64,000 nt of DNA from an uncultured delta proteobacterium (lineage in GTDB: Bacteria > Myxococcota > Kuafuiibacteriia > Kuafuiibacteriales > Kuafuiibacteriaceae): contig CAWDML010000001.1 of NCBI GenBank assembly GCA_963803435.1, forward strand, positions 1,664,001 to 1,728,000, given 5' to 3'. The notes under the pieces were generated by a model. It had not been told where the DNA came from and searched no databases. It worked only from the letters and a program-made list of their open reading frames with translations. This document shows positions 43,984 through 53,591 of the stretch, in pieces. The translations under genes were made by a program, and so were the position numbers. Positions within the stretch are counted from its first letter, which is position 1. Each line of letters opens with the position of its first letter.

Positions 43984-43989
43984 CGCGGG

Positions 43990-46023
43990 TCAGTCGCCCT
44001 GGCCCAGCTTTCGGCGGAGCGTGCTGCGGCTGATCCCGAGCGTCTCCGCCGCCTTCGTCCGGTTCCCGCCCACCGCGTCGAGCACGCGCTTGATGTACGT
44101 CTGCTCCATCTCCTCGAGCGTGCCGATCTCGGGCGCGGCCTGCTCGTGGTTCGAGCGTCGCATCTCGAACGGAAGATGCTCGATGCGGACGGGGCCTCCG
44201 CCGTTGAGGATCAGCACGCGCTCGAGGACGTTCTTGAGCTCGCGGAGGTTGCCGGGCCACTCGTAGCGCTCGAACGCGCTCACCACCGGCTGCGTCAGCA
44301 GGATCGGATCGCGGATCGCGCGGCGGGACGCCAGGTCCTTCAGCATGTCGCGGGCCAGCGGAGGTACATCCTCGCGGCGCTCCCGGAGCGGCGGGATGCG
44401 CATGGGGACCACGCTCAGACGGTAGTAGAGGTCCTTGCGGAACCTGCCTTCGCCGATCGCGCGCTCGAGATCGAGGTTGGTCGCGGCCAGCACGCGGACG
44501 TCGGCGCTCAGCGGCCGAGTGCCGCCGACGCGCCGGAACCGCTGAGTGTCGAGGAACGAGAGCAGGTGCGCCTGGGCCATGAGGGGGAGCTCTCCGATCT
44601 CGTCGAGGAACAGCGTCCCGCCGTCGGCCGCTTCGACCAGGCCGCGCTTCGCGTCGGCGGCGCTGGTGAACGCGCCGCGCTCATGTCCGAAGAGCTCGGA
44701 CTCGACCAGATCGGGGCCGAGGCTGGCGCAGTTGATCTCGAGGAAAGGCTTGGAGGCGCGCGGGCTGGACTGATGGATCCGGCGCGCCAGCCAGCTCTTG
44801 CCCACGCCAGTCTCGCCGAGGATGAGCACGGTGGCGTTGGGATCGGAGGCGACCGTGTCGGCGGTGTCGAGGAGACCCGCCATGGCGCGCGAGCCGAGCG
44901 CGTCGCCGCTCTTCGACGAGATCGCGGTGAGCACCTCGGCGGCGTGCCGGAGCCTCGCCAGCTCGCTCTGATCCCGGGCCACGCAACCGATCCGCGCCGT
45001 GTCGCCCTGGGCGTCCCGGATCACGAAGAGCTGCTCTTCGACCTCGATCTCGGCGCCCTGACGGAGTCGATACACCGAGCGCGGCGGCACCTTGTCGCCT
45101 GCCCTCACCCGCGCCACCAGCTCGCGGAACGGCTCGCGCTCGGTGCCGGGGACGAAGCGCTCGATGACCGTGCCGATCGCGTCGGCGGCGCTCATCTGGT
45201 AGAGGCGCTCGGCACCGGGATTCCAGGACGCGATGTTTCCGTCGATGCCCCACGTGATCACCGCGACCGGTACGCACTCGATCACCGACGCCAGCTCCTT
45301 CTCCAGCGCGCGCGCCCGCTCGTCCGACTCTTTGCGGGCGGTGATGTCCTCCGAGATCCCGAGCAGGTAGAGCGGCTCGCCGAGATCGTCGAGCACCGGC
45401 ACCTTCTTCGTGTGGAGCCAGCGCAGGCCCTGCGAGCGCGTGGAGATCGGCTCCTCGGGCACGTCGACCAGCACCTTGTTCCTCAGCGTCTCCCGGTCCT
45501 TCGCATGGAAGAAGTCGGCCTGCTCTCTCGGATAAAAGTCGTGGTCCGTCTTGCCGAGGAGCTCCTCGCGCGCCCAGCCGAGGAGCTCCTCGCCGGCGCG
45601 GTTGAACCGCTGGAAGAGGAGCGAGTCGGCGTCCTTCACGAAGATCATGTCCGGGATGTTCTCGATGATCGCGTCGAGAAACACGTTGGTCCGGGCGAGC
45701 TCCCCCTCGGCCTCGCTGGTGCCGCGGACCACGACGCCAGCCCCGCCTTCGAGCGGCAGCGTGCGCAAGGTAACCTGCATTTTTCCGATGCGCGTGCGGA
45801 TCGGCTCGTCGCTCCCGGCGAGCGCGGCCCGCAGCTCGCCGATCGCCTTCTTGTGGAGGACGGCGGTGAGGCGGGCTCCCACCTCGAGCTCGGCCAGCCC
45901 GGGGCCGACAACCTCCCGGACGATCAGCGACTGGGGGTCGACGAGGAGGACCGTGGCGTCGAGGACGGTCGCGAGCCGAGAGAGCGGGGAGAACGGGGAG
46001 AACGGGGAGAGCGCCTCGGACAC
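43990..46023 (-). CDS. PAS-PAS sigma54-dependent transcriptional activator (Fis HTH)
   Basis: Two PAS domains, GETGVGKS, ESELFGHERGAFTSA, LFLDEIG, WPGNLREL, C-terminal HTH. Confidence 0.93.
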   Translation of the reverse strand: MSEALSPFSPFSPLSRLATVLDATVLLVDPQSLIVREVVGPGLAELEVGARLTAVLHKKAIGELRAALAGSDEPIRTRIGKMQVTLRTLPLEGGAGVVVRGTSEAEGELARTNVFLDAIIENIPDMIFVKDADSLLFQRFNRAGEELLGWAREELLGKTDHDFYPREQADFFHAKDRETLRNKVLVDVPEEPISTRSQGLRWLHTKKVPVLDDLGEPLYLLGISEDITARKESDERARALEKELASVIECVPVAVITWGIDGNIASWNPGAERLYQMSAADAIGTVIERFVPGTEREPFRELVARVRAGDKVPPRSVYRLRQGAEIEVEEQLFVIRDAQGDTARIGCVARDQSELARLRHAAEVLTAISSKSGDALGSRAMAGLLDTADTVASDPNATVLILGETGVGKSWLARRIHQSSPRASKPFLEINCASLGPDLVESELFGHERGAFTSAADAKRGLVEAADGGTLFLDEIGELPLMAQAHLLSFLDTQRFRRVGGTRPLSADVRVLAATNLDLERAIGEGRFRKDLYYRLSVVPMRIPPLRERREDVPPLARDMLKDLASRRAIRDPILLTQPVVSAFERYEWPGNLRELKNVLERVLILNGGGPVRIEHLPFEMRRSNHEQAAPEIGTLEEMEQTYIKRVLDAVGGNRTKAAETLGISRSTLRRKLGQGD

Positions 46024-46048
46024 TGGCGCAGTTTAGACCAGCAGTGGT

Positions 46049-46555
46049 TCACTTTGCGCCAGGGATTCGCGCGGCCACCGCCACGAACCGAGCCCCCTCA
46101 GGGCCGGCGCGGCCGTAGTGACCCTGACCGATCCGCACGAAGTGGGCGTCTCCGGGGCCGAGCACGGCCGTGTGCTCGGCGCCGTCGATCCCGACCGTGG
46201 TCATCTCGAGGGTGCCCTCCAGAAGGTAGTACACCTCCTCCGTCACGTCGTGGGTGTGCAGCCCGATCGCCGCGTGCGGCTCCAGGCGGGCGTCGATCAT
46301 CAGCTCGAGCCCGCTCCTGAAGATGTGCTCCTCGGTGCCCGGCTCCTCCGAGAACACCCAGGTCGCCCAGTCGTTCCCTGCGCCGCGCTTGATCCCACGC
46401 TCCCCATCGTTCCGGTGCGGGGCCTGATACAGGACCTTCGCCATCAACGCGCGCGTCTTGTTCAGGGCCCAGTGGTAGCCGCCGGAATAGGCGCGCCGGA
46501 TCCGCTCGTGGTAAGCCTCCCCGCTCACGTAGTCGGCTGCATCCTTCGGCTTCAC
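46049..46555 (-). CDS. Cupin domain protein
   Basis: 'IGLHTH...EEVYYLLEG', 'PGDAHFV..GQGH'; start GTG 46555 or ATG 46585. Confidence 0.75.
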   Translation of the reverse strand: MKPKDAADYVSGEAYHERIRRAYSGGYHWALNKTRALMAKVLYQAPHRNDGERGIKRGAGNDWATWVFSEEPGTEEHIFRSGLELMIDARLEPHAAIGLHTHDVTEEVYYLLEGTLEMTTVGIDGAEHTAVLGPGDAHFVRIGQGHYGRAGPEGARFVAVAARIPGAK

Positions 46556-46603
46556 GCGCGGAATGGTTGCACCTGCGCCCGGCATTCGTCCAGAATCGCC
46601 ACC

Positions 46604-47185
46604 ATCCTCACCACACGCGACAAGCTCCTCGACTCCGCGATCGAGGTCTTCATCGAGAAGGGCTTCACGCGGAGCTCGGTCGACGAGATCTGTCGTCGCG
46701 CCGGCACGACGAAGGGCGCCTTCTTTCATCACTTCGAGAACAAGCAAGAGGTCGGTCTGCTCGCGCTCGAGCGCTTCGCAACGATGCTGATCTCGACGCT
46801 GCGGGACGGCGATTCGCTCCCGCCCGCAGAACCGGTCCAGAGGGTCTTCGACTACCTCGATCGGGTGGTGGTGATCGTCGAGAGTCTTCAACCGTTCCCG
46901 ACCTGCCTGGTCGGCGTCCTCACGCTCGAGATGGCGGCCGCCATCCCCGCCTTCCGCGCCGCCGCACAGAGCTCCTTCGATCAGTGGCTGGGCGACGTCG
47001 AGCACCTCATCGGTGACGCCCTCGCCGCGTCCAAAAAGCCGCACCTGAATGCCCAGGGGATCGCGGAGTTCTTCGTCGCCACGCTCGAGGGGTCCCTGAT
47101 CCTGGCCCGCGCGCGAGAAGATCGAACGATCATCGAGAGAAACGTCGGGGCCTTCAAGAGCTACCTGCGCGCCGCCCTCGCCTGA
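46604..47185 (+). CDS. TetR/AcrR family transcriptional regulator (no canonical start codon nearby)
   Basis: 'TRDKLLDSAIEVFIEKGFTRSSVDEICRRAGTTKGAFFHHFENKQE' HTH; C-terminal 'LEGSLILAR'. Confidence 0.88.
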   Translation: MLTTRDKLLDSAIEVFIEKGFTRSSVDEICRRAGTTKGAFFHHFENKQEVGLLALERFATMLISTLRDGDSLPPAEPVQRVFDYLDRVVVIVESLQPFPTCLVGVLTLEMAAAIPAFRAAAQSSFDQWLGDVEHLIGDALAASKKPHLNAQGIAEFFVATLEGSLILARAREDRTIIERNVGAFKSYLRAALA

Positions 47186-47276
47186 GACCTGGCGGGTTTC
47201 GGTTACGCCTTCTCCGTAAGCGCAATCGGAACCCAGTTTCTGGATACTGGCCTCCAGACCCAGGAGGGATCGCAGA

Positions 47277-48392
47277 ATGAATCTCGACTTGCTTGGCGGC
47301 GCATATCTACTTCGCGCTCTCGGATTCAACCCAGGAGGCTTCGAGGGGGATCTTTCCGATCTCTCCGCCAATCCCGAGCTCCTCTCGCAGCTCCGCGACG
47401 AGTTCAATTCGTGCGCGGGCTCGATGCGCGGCGGCACGTCGCTCGCGTCGGTGCTGCAGTCCGGCGGCATCCCGTCGTCGATGATGGTCCCGCCGCCCGA
47501 CATGTCCCAGTGCCCCTGCCAGCAGATGTACTCGATGCCGCAGGGCACCTTCGGGATGGGCATGCCCGCGCGGTTCGACCTGAAGGACCTGTTCTCCTCG
47601 CGGCGCAAGGCGAAGAAGTTCGAGAAGCTGCTGAAGAAGAACCCGTTCCTCCGAGCTCAGGTCGAGATGATGCTGGGCGGCATGATCGTCACCGACAAGA
47701 AGAACGACGGCAAGATCAAGGTCCAGCCGTTCATGGGCAGCGGGTTCGGCGGCGGCATGAGCCCGGCGGCGATGAACGCGCTCGGACAGCTCTCCCAGAT
47801 CCAGAACGCGGCCATCGCGTCAGGCCTCCCGTCCGGCAACCAGAACCAGGCGTTCATGGGCATGATGCTGGCGGCGTTGTCGCAGATGTACGGCGGACAG
47901 GGCCTCGGCAACCCGAGCGGCGGCGGCGGCATGGCGCGGCGTCCCGGCGGCGGCTCACCGTTCGTCGACTGGAACGATCAACCGCTGCAGCCCGGACAGC
48001 CCGGACCCCACCAGGGCCAGTTCGGGATCGGACGGAGCGGCGGCGACGAGGTGACGGCGGTCCTCAACGATCCCAGCCTCACCGTCGAGGACAAGGTCAC
48101 CCTCATGATCATGCTGATCATGAAGAAGATGGACAAAGACATCGAGAAGCAGGCGAACTACATCAACAGCCTGCAGCAGCAGCAGAACGGCGGGAACAGC
48201 GGCTTCCCGGGCGGCACCGGCGGTGGCGGCGATGCCCAGGCCGGGGGTGGTAGCAGCCCCTCGATCGACGTCGAGACCATGAAGCTGAAGCGCATGATCG
48301 ACAAGCGCTCCCAGATGTTCGACATGCTCCGGCAGATCATCGACAAGTACAACCAGACCGCGAAGGGCATCATCGACTCGATGGGCCGTTAG
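47277..48392 (+). CDS. Gly/Met/Gln-rich hypothetical protein with helical C-terminus
   Basis: GGAGG RBS and ATG; low-complexity linkers; C-terminal 'KRSQMFDMLRQIIDKYNQTAKGIIDSMGR'. Confidence 0.8.
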   Translation: MNLDLLGGAYLLRALGFNPGGFEGDLSDLSANPELLSQLRDEFNSCAGSMRGGTSLASVLQSGGIPSSMMVPPPDMSQCPCQQMYSMPQGTFGMGMPARFDLKDLFSSRRKAKKFEKLLKKNPFLRAQVEMMLGGMIVTDKKNDGKIKVQPFMGSGFGGGMSPAAMNALGQLSQIQNAAIASGLPSGNQNQAFMGMMLAALSQMYGGQGLGNPSGGGGMARRPGGGSPFVDWNDQPLQPGQPGPHQGQFGIGRSGGDEVTAVLNDPSLTVEDKVTLMIMLIMKKMDKDIEKQANYINSLQQQQNGGNSGFPGGTGGGGDAQAGGGSSPSIDVETMKLKRMIDKRSQMFDMLRQIIDKYNQTAKGIIDSMGR

Positions 48393-48428
48393 TTTGGTCG
48401 CCTCGCCCCAGCGTGATAAACAGGCCGC

Positions 48429-49532
48429 GTGATCGAGTGGCTCCGGCGCCTCTTTGGATCGACGCCGAACGCTCCGCCTCCACGGCCCCACCCCGCGCGC
48501 GTCCCCTCCGTCCCCTCGCGAAAGCGCTCCGCTCCCGGCGGCGGGCCTCCGCGGGACGATCTCCGCCCGGCCAGGCGCGACGATTGCCCCCTGGTGGTGC
48601 GGGCCTCCGAGCTGCTCGAGCTCCCGGTTCGACCCAAGTCGGAGTACTTCGATCTCGATCCGGCGATCGAGGAGCTCTCGGAGAGGGTCCTCGAGCACTT
48701 CGCACACCATCGACCCGGGCCCGACTCCTTCCCGTCGCTCTCCCTTCGTGTGCTGAACCTGGTCGCTGATCCCGAGGTCAGGATCGCCGAGCTGAGCCAG
48801 ATCATCTCCCGCGACGCGGCGCTCTCGGCGGCGATCCTGAAGGTCGCCAACTCGGCGGCGTTCGCGGGCATGCGTGAGCTGGACTCGATCCGCGAGGCCG
48901 TCACGCGCCTCGGTCTCCACGAGGTCTCGTACATCGCGGGCGCGCTGTCCGCGCGAACGCTGTTCAACCCCCGGACCCGGGCGGAGAACGCGCTGATGGG
49001 CGAGCGCTGGACGACGCTCTTCTACGAGTCCACCGCGATCGCCATGGTGTCGGCGTCGCTCGCGCTCAACCTGTCGCAAGGTCGCTCCGACCGCGCCTTC
49101 TTGGGCGGCCTTCTTCACGACATCGGGAAGCCGATCGCGCTTCGCTCCATCGCGTCGCTCATGCTGGACGAGGTGATCCCGAAGGATCTCGCCGCGAGCA
49201 CGATCGACGGCGTCATCGACGGCGTGCACGTGGCGATCGGCGGCGAGGTCCATCGCGAGTGGGCGCTCCCCGAGGCGCTGACCGAGCTGTGCCTGCACCA
49301 CCACGACGAGCAGGTCCCCTTCGAGGGCGACGCCACCGATCTCCACGTCGTGCGCCTGGTCAGCGCGCTCTGTCTGTGGCGCACGGATCCGGACCGCTTC
49401 GCGGGGGCGCCCTACGAAGCGGCGCAGTCGGCGGAGGTCCTCCGGTTCGACGAGCGCCGCCTGCGCGTCATCGACACGGATCTGCAGAAGACTGCCGAGC
49501 GGGTGCGCGAGCTCTTCGCCGCTAAACTTTGA
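48429..49532 (+). CDS. HDOD domain protein
   Basis: 'IISRDAALSAAILKVANSA', 'AVTRLG', 'GLLHDIGK', 'W.LPE...HH'. Confidence 0.9.
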   Translation: MIEWLRRLFGSTPNAPPPRPHPARVPSVPSRKRSAPGGGPPRDDLRPARRDDCPLVVRASELLELPVRPKSEYFDLDPAIEELSERVLEHFAHHRPGPDSFPSLSLRVLNLVADPEVRIAELSQIISRDAALSAAILKVANSAAFAGMRELDSIREAVTRLGLHEVSYIAGALSARTLFNPRTRAENALMGERWTTLFYESTAIAMVSASLALNLSQGRSDRAFLGGLLHDIGKPIALRSIASLMLDEVIPKDLAASTIDGVIDGVHVAIGGEVHREWALPEALTELCLHHHDEQVPFEGDATDLHVVRLVSALCLWRTDPDRFAGAPYEAAQSAEVLRFDERRLRVIDTDLQKTAERVRELFAAKL

Positions 49533-50913
49533 GCCGGAAGTGGTAGCTCTTCGGCTTGGTCACCGAGAGGAAGCCCAGCCGAGACAGCGAGACACCGCGT
49601 CCCGAGTCCTTCCAGCCGGTCCAGGCCAGCAGCGGATCGAGGTAGTCGGCACGATTGAGGTAGACGGTACCCGCTTCGACCTGCCGGGCGATCTGGCGCC
49701 CGCGCTCGGTGTCGCCGGTCCAGATGCTCGCGGTCAGCCCGAGGCTGCTGTCGTTCATGCGCGCGATCGCCTCGTCGTCGTTCTTCACCTTCGCGATCGC
49801 CACCACCGGACCGAAGCTCTCCTCCGACTCGATGCCCATTCGCATGTCGGTGTCGGCCGCCACCGTCGCTTGAAAGAACCGCCCCTGTCCGCCCACGGCG
49901 GTCTTCTTTCCGCCGCACAGAATGCGAGCCCCGAGATCCCGCGCCTGGCGGACCTGACCGAGGAGAAAGTCGGGCGCGCTCGGCTGCGCCATGGGTCCCA
50001 TGCCGGTCTCGGCCTCGTTCGGATCGCCGAGCTTCAGCTTCTCGGCCTCGGCGACGCAGGCGTCGACGAAGCGCGCGTACAGCGCCGCCTCGACGTAGAC
50101 GCGCTCCACCGCGCAGCAGCTCTGGCCGGCGTTGTAGAGCGCCGCGTCCATCACGTTCTCGACCGTCGCCTCGAACGCGGCGTCGGCGCGGACATAGGCG
50201 GGATCCTTCCCGCCGAGCTCGAGCGCGGCGTCGATGAAGCGCTTGTCCGCGAGCGCGCGATAGATCTTGCGGCCGCCGGCGACCGATCCGGTGAAGGAGA
50301 CGAACCCGACGCGGGGGTGCTGGACCACCTTCTCGGCCACGCGGTGATCGGTCTGGATCGCCTGCACCAGCCCGTCCGGCAGGCCCGCCTTCTCGAACGC
50401 CTCGACAAAATGATCCCCGCAGCGCGGCGTGCGCGAGCTGTGCTTCAGCACCACGGCGTTGCCGGCCAGCACGGCCGCGATCGTGGGGTTGCAGGCGATC
50501 AGCAGCGGATAGTTCCAGGCCGCCAGCACGGCCACCACACCGACGGGTTCACGATGGATCTCACGGATGAAGCCCGGCTTCTCCGCGAGGACCTCCGGCT
50601 GAAGTGAAGCCTCGGCGATTCCGGCCATCTGGCGCGCCCGATCGAGCATGCCTGTGATCTCGTTGTTGGACTGACGGAGCGGCTTGCCCATCATGTCGGT
50701 GATCTCTTGCGCGTAGCGACCGCGCCCCGACTCGAACGCCTGCGCAAAGCGCTCGATCGCCGCGACGCGTTCGCTGATCGAGACTCTTCGCCACTCGAGG
50801 TGGGCACGATGCGCGCGCTCCATGATCGCATCGAGATCGGCCTCTGCGACGAGCGGCACCTCGCACGCGATCGCGCCCGTGAACGGGTTATCGACACGAA
50901 GGGTTTCGGACAT
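49522..50913 (-). CDS. Aldehyde dehydrogenase family protein
   Basis: AWNYP, FTGS, LELGGKDP, GQSCC, ESFGPV. Confidence 0.95.
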   Translation of the reverse strand: MSETLRVDNPFTGAIACEVPLVAEADLDAIMERAHRAHLEWRRVSISERVAAIERFAQAFESGRGRYAQEITDMMGKPLRQSNNEITGMLDRARQMAGIAEASLQPEVLAEKPGFIREIHREPVGVVAVLAAWNYPLLIACNPTIAAVLAGNAVVLKHSSRTPRCGDHFVEAFEKAGLPDGLVQAIQTDHRVAEKVVQHPRVGFVSFTGSVAGGRKIYRALADKRFIDAALELGGKDPAYVRADAAFEATVENVMDAALYNAGQSCCAVERVYVEAALYARFVDACVAEAEKLKLGDPNEAETGMGPMAQPSAPDFLLGQVRQARDLGARILCGGKKTAVGGQGRFFQATVAADTDMRMGIESEESFGPVVAIAKVKNDDEAIARMNDSSLGLTASIWTGDTERGRQIARQVEAGTVYLNRADYLDPLLAWTGWKDSGRGVSLSRLGFLSVTKPKSYHFRLKV

Positions 50914-50995
50914 CTTCCGGTCGCATACCACGTCCTACCGCGCATCACACGCCGATCTCGCTTCCTCCTCACCGCACTGAAATAATGCGCGCGCC

Positions 50996-53002
50996 ATGCG
51001 GATCTGTCCGCGCTGCCGTTCTACCTACGCCGAGGAGACGGACTTTTGCGGGATCGATGGCGAGCGTCTGATCGAGCAAGCGATCGATCCGCTGATCGGG
51101 GAGCGCATCGATCGTTACGAGTTCGTCGAGCGACTGGGCGGCGGCGCGATGGGCGTGGTCTACCGGGCGCGACACACCGAGCTCGACCGCCACTTCGCGA
51201 TCAAGGTCCTCTACGGTGAGATCGGCGCGAACAAGTCGCTGGTCGGACGCTTTCGCCGGGAAGCCCGGGCCGTCAGCAGGATCAGCCACCCGAACATCAT
51301 CGGCGTCGTCGACTTCGGCACCACTGACAACGGTCTCAATTTTCTGGTGATGGAGAATGTCATCGGTGAAACGCTCGCCGACACCCTGGAGCGAGAGGGT
51401 GTGCTGGCCGCGGAGCGGGCCGCCGGGATCACTGCGCAGGTGGCGGCCGGGCTGGGCGCCGCGCACGCGCTCGGCTTCGTCCATCGGGACGTCAAGCCCG
51501 CAAACATCATGCTCGCGGGCCAGGCGGGCCAGGAGCGGGTGAAGGTGCTCGACTTCGGGATCGTCGGGATCGCCGGCGGGCATCTCACGACCAAGCTCAC
51601 CGGCACGGGCCGCATCGTCGGCACCCCCCGGTACATGTCCCCCGAGCAGGCGCGCGACTCCGGGGTCGGACCGCCTGCGGATCTCTACTCCCTCGGGGTC
51701 ATGTTGTACGAGATGCTCTCCGGCGAGGTCCCGTTCCCCGGCGACGTGATGGCGGACGTCCTGGTGCTCCACTCGACGACGCAGCCGCCCCCGCTGCCGC
51801 CGCATCGCGGGCTGGAGAGCATCGCCCTCTGGCTGCTCGAGAAGCGGCCCGAGGATCGCCCGCCGGACGCAACCGCCGTGATCGAAGCGATCGCGGATTG
51901 TTTCCCCGACCTCACGCTCAACGTCTCCGAAAGCAACGGCCCCACCTCTCACCCCTCCGTCCCGGTGCTCGACCCGTTCGACGAGGACCAGATCCCGACG
52001 GCGCGCCCCGCCCCCGCCGACAGCGAGATCCTCGAGGCGCCCGACCTCGTCGCCGAAGCGGAGAGCAAAGCGCCCGTGCGCGACTCCGAGGCGTCGCCCG
52101 AAAATCTGTACGATTCGGGGCCCGACCTGGTGCCGCCGAGGTTCGAAGAGCTCCGCCCCACCTCCGACTTCGATCCCGCACCGCTGTACACGCCTCGATC
52201 GAACCCGACCGCGGCGATCTTCAGCACGCTCGGCACCGCCTCCGACCAGCTCCCCGCTCCGGCGGGCGTGGAGCGATCGTGGTGGGGACGTCACGGTCCG
52301 CTGATCGGCGTGATCAGCCTGCTGCTGTCGGTAACGGCGCTCGCCATCGTGATCATGATCCTGCGGACCGAGGATCCCTTCGACAGCGACTCCGAGATCG
52401 CGATGAAGCTTCAGCGCGCCGAGATGCGGGCGCGGATCGCCGAGACCAAGGCGAAGGAGGCCTTCGAGCGGGCCCAGCAGGCGGAGACCACCGCGAAGAA
52501 GCTGGTCGAGACCGCCACCACGGCCCAGGTCCAGGCGGCCGAGAGCAAGCATCCGGCGCCGCCCCCACTCCACCCGAAGAAGAAGCGCGATCCGCTGGCG
52601 GCGGGCGAGCGCGACCTTCGCCGCGCGCTGCGGGAGCGCGGGCTCACGCACGCCGACCTCGAGCTCATCCCCGCGACGCGCAAGCTGGCGGCGCGCTGGC
52701 TCGAGCTACGCGATCACGATCGGCCGGAGGCAGCGACCGTCGTCGCGGAGCTGATCGTACAGACCCGGAGCGCCGACATCACGAACCACCTCTTGTGGAA
52801 GAAGTATGCGCGGATCACCAAGGACCTGGCGGAGCTCGCCAAGGCGGACCCGAAGACCGCGGCCCCGATCGAGGCGACGAAGCGCCAGCTGAAGAAGCAG
52901 CTCAACCAGCGGCGCCTGCCGCAGCAGAAGAGAGAGTCGATCGGGCGAGCGCTCACGGACCTGGAGAACGAGGTCGCGGCCGCCAAGCCCAAGTCGAGGT
53001 GA
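50996..53002 (+). CDS. Membrane Ser/Thr protein kinase (Pkn type) with N-terminal Zn-ribbon
   Basis: CPRC...FCGIDG; LGGGAMGVVY, HRDVKPANIM, DFG, GTPRYMSPEQ; TM helix and coiled coil. Confidence 0.93.
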   Translation: MRICPRCRSTYAEETDFCGIDGERLIEQAIDPLIGERIDRYEFVERLGGGAMGVVYRARHTELDRHFAIKVLYGEIGANKSLVGRFRREARAVSRISHPNIIGVVDFGTTDNGLNFLVMENVIGETLADTLEREGVLAAERAAGITAQVAAGLGAAHALGFVHRDVKPANIMLAGQAGQERVKVLDFGIVGIAGGHLTTKLTGTGRIVGTPRYMSPEQARDSGVGPPADLYSLGVMLYEMLSGEVPFPGDVMADVLVLHSTTQPPPLPPHRGLESIALWLLEKRPEDRPPDATAVIEAIADCFPDLTLNVSESNGPTSHPSVPVLDPFDEDQIPTARPAPADSEILEAPDLVAEAESKAPVRDSEASPENLYDSGPDLVPPRFEELRPTSDFDPAPLYTPRSNPTAAIFSTLGTASDQLPAPAGVERSWWGRHGPLIGVISLLLSVTALAIVIMILRTEDPFDSDSEIAMKLQRAEMRARIAETKAKEAFERAQQAETTAKKLVETATTAQVQAAESKHPAPPPLHPKKKRDPLAAGERDLRRALRERGLTHADLELIPATRKLAARWLELRDHDRPEAATVVAELIVQTRSADITNHLLWKKYARITKDLAELAKADPKTAAPIEATKRQLKKQLNQRRLPQQKRESIGRALTDLENEVAAAKPKSR

Positions 53003-53437
53003 TCAGTCCTGGTACCGCTCGGCGACCTGCTGGCGCTGCTCGGGCGTCAGGAGATCGTGCAGCTCGATCAGCCCGTCAGTGGCCAGGTGGAGCACCTTGC
53101 GGAAGGCATCGACGCGCTCGTCGACCACCCGATGGATCCGCTCGCGATCAGGCGTATCGGTGGACCACTGCTGATAGAAGAACCGCTTCGCCTTCTCTTG
53201 CTCGGCGATCAGCGGGACTCCCGCCGTCACCACGCGCTTTCGGATCGCCTGAGCCTGGGCCCGCTGCTTGAGATCCGCGCTGACGTCGTCCATCACGTCG
53301 TCGACCATCGCGGTCGAGTAGCGTTCGATCCTGGCCGCCTTCTCCTCGGGCGTCAGCTGGCGACACCCACCGTGGAAGCCCGTCAGGAGGACGAAGGAGG
53401 TCGCGAGGAAGGTGAGCATCTGGGGAGTGTTCTTCAT
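53003..53437 (-). CDS. Spy/CpxP-like periplasmic protein
   Basis: Signal-like N-terminus; LTPEEK and LTPEQRQQ (LTxxQ) motifs. Confidence 0.75.
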   Translation of the reverse strand: MKNTPQMLTFLATSFVLLTGFHGGCRQLTPEEKAARIERYSTAMVDDVMDDVSADLKQRAQAQAIRKRVVTAGVPLIAEQEKAKRFFYQQWSTDTPDRERIHRVVDERVDAFRKVLHLATDGLIELHDLLTPEQRQQVAERYQD

Positions 53438-53482
53438 GGGCGCGAGCCTAGAAAGGGCGCGTCAAGCATCCCTTTGTCGCCG

Positions 53483-53555
53483 GTGAAGAAGTGTGAAGCG
53501 GACAATCCGCCGCGCCGGAACACTTCTTAACCGAACGACGGCCGGCGCTTCACAC
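53483..53555. promoter_or_regulatory. Putative OmpR/CpxR-type operator boxes in divergent promoter region
   Basis: GTGAA-N5-GTGAA (53483-53497); inverted copies GTGTGAAGCG/CGCTTCACAC (53491/53546) and AAGAAGTGT/ACACTTCTT (53486/53520). Confidence 0.55.
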
Positions 53556-53591
53556 CGGTTTCTTAGGTTCGAGCCAGGAGGTCGATGTTCA

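Noticed and set aside
46049-47608. 519-aa minus-strand ORF as one protein
   Set aside because: Only the last ~170 aa are cupin-like; the rest is antisense to TetR and the next gene.
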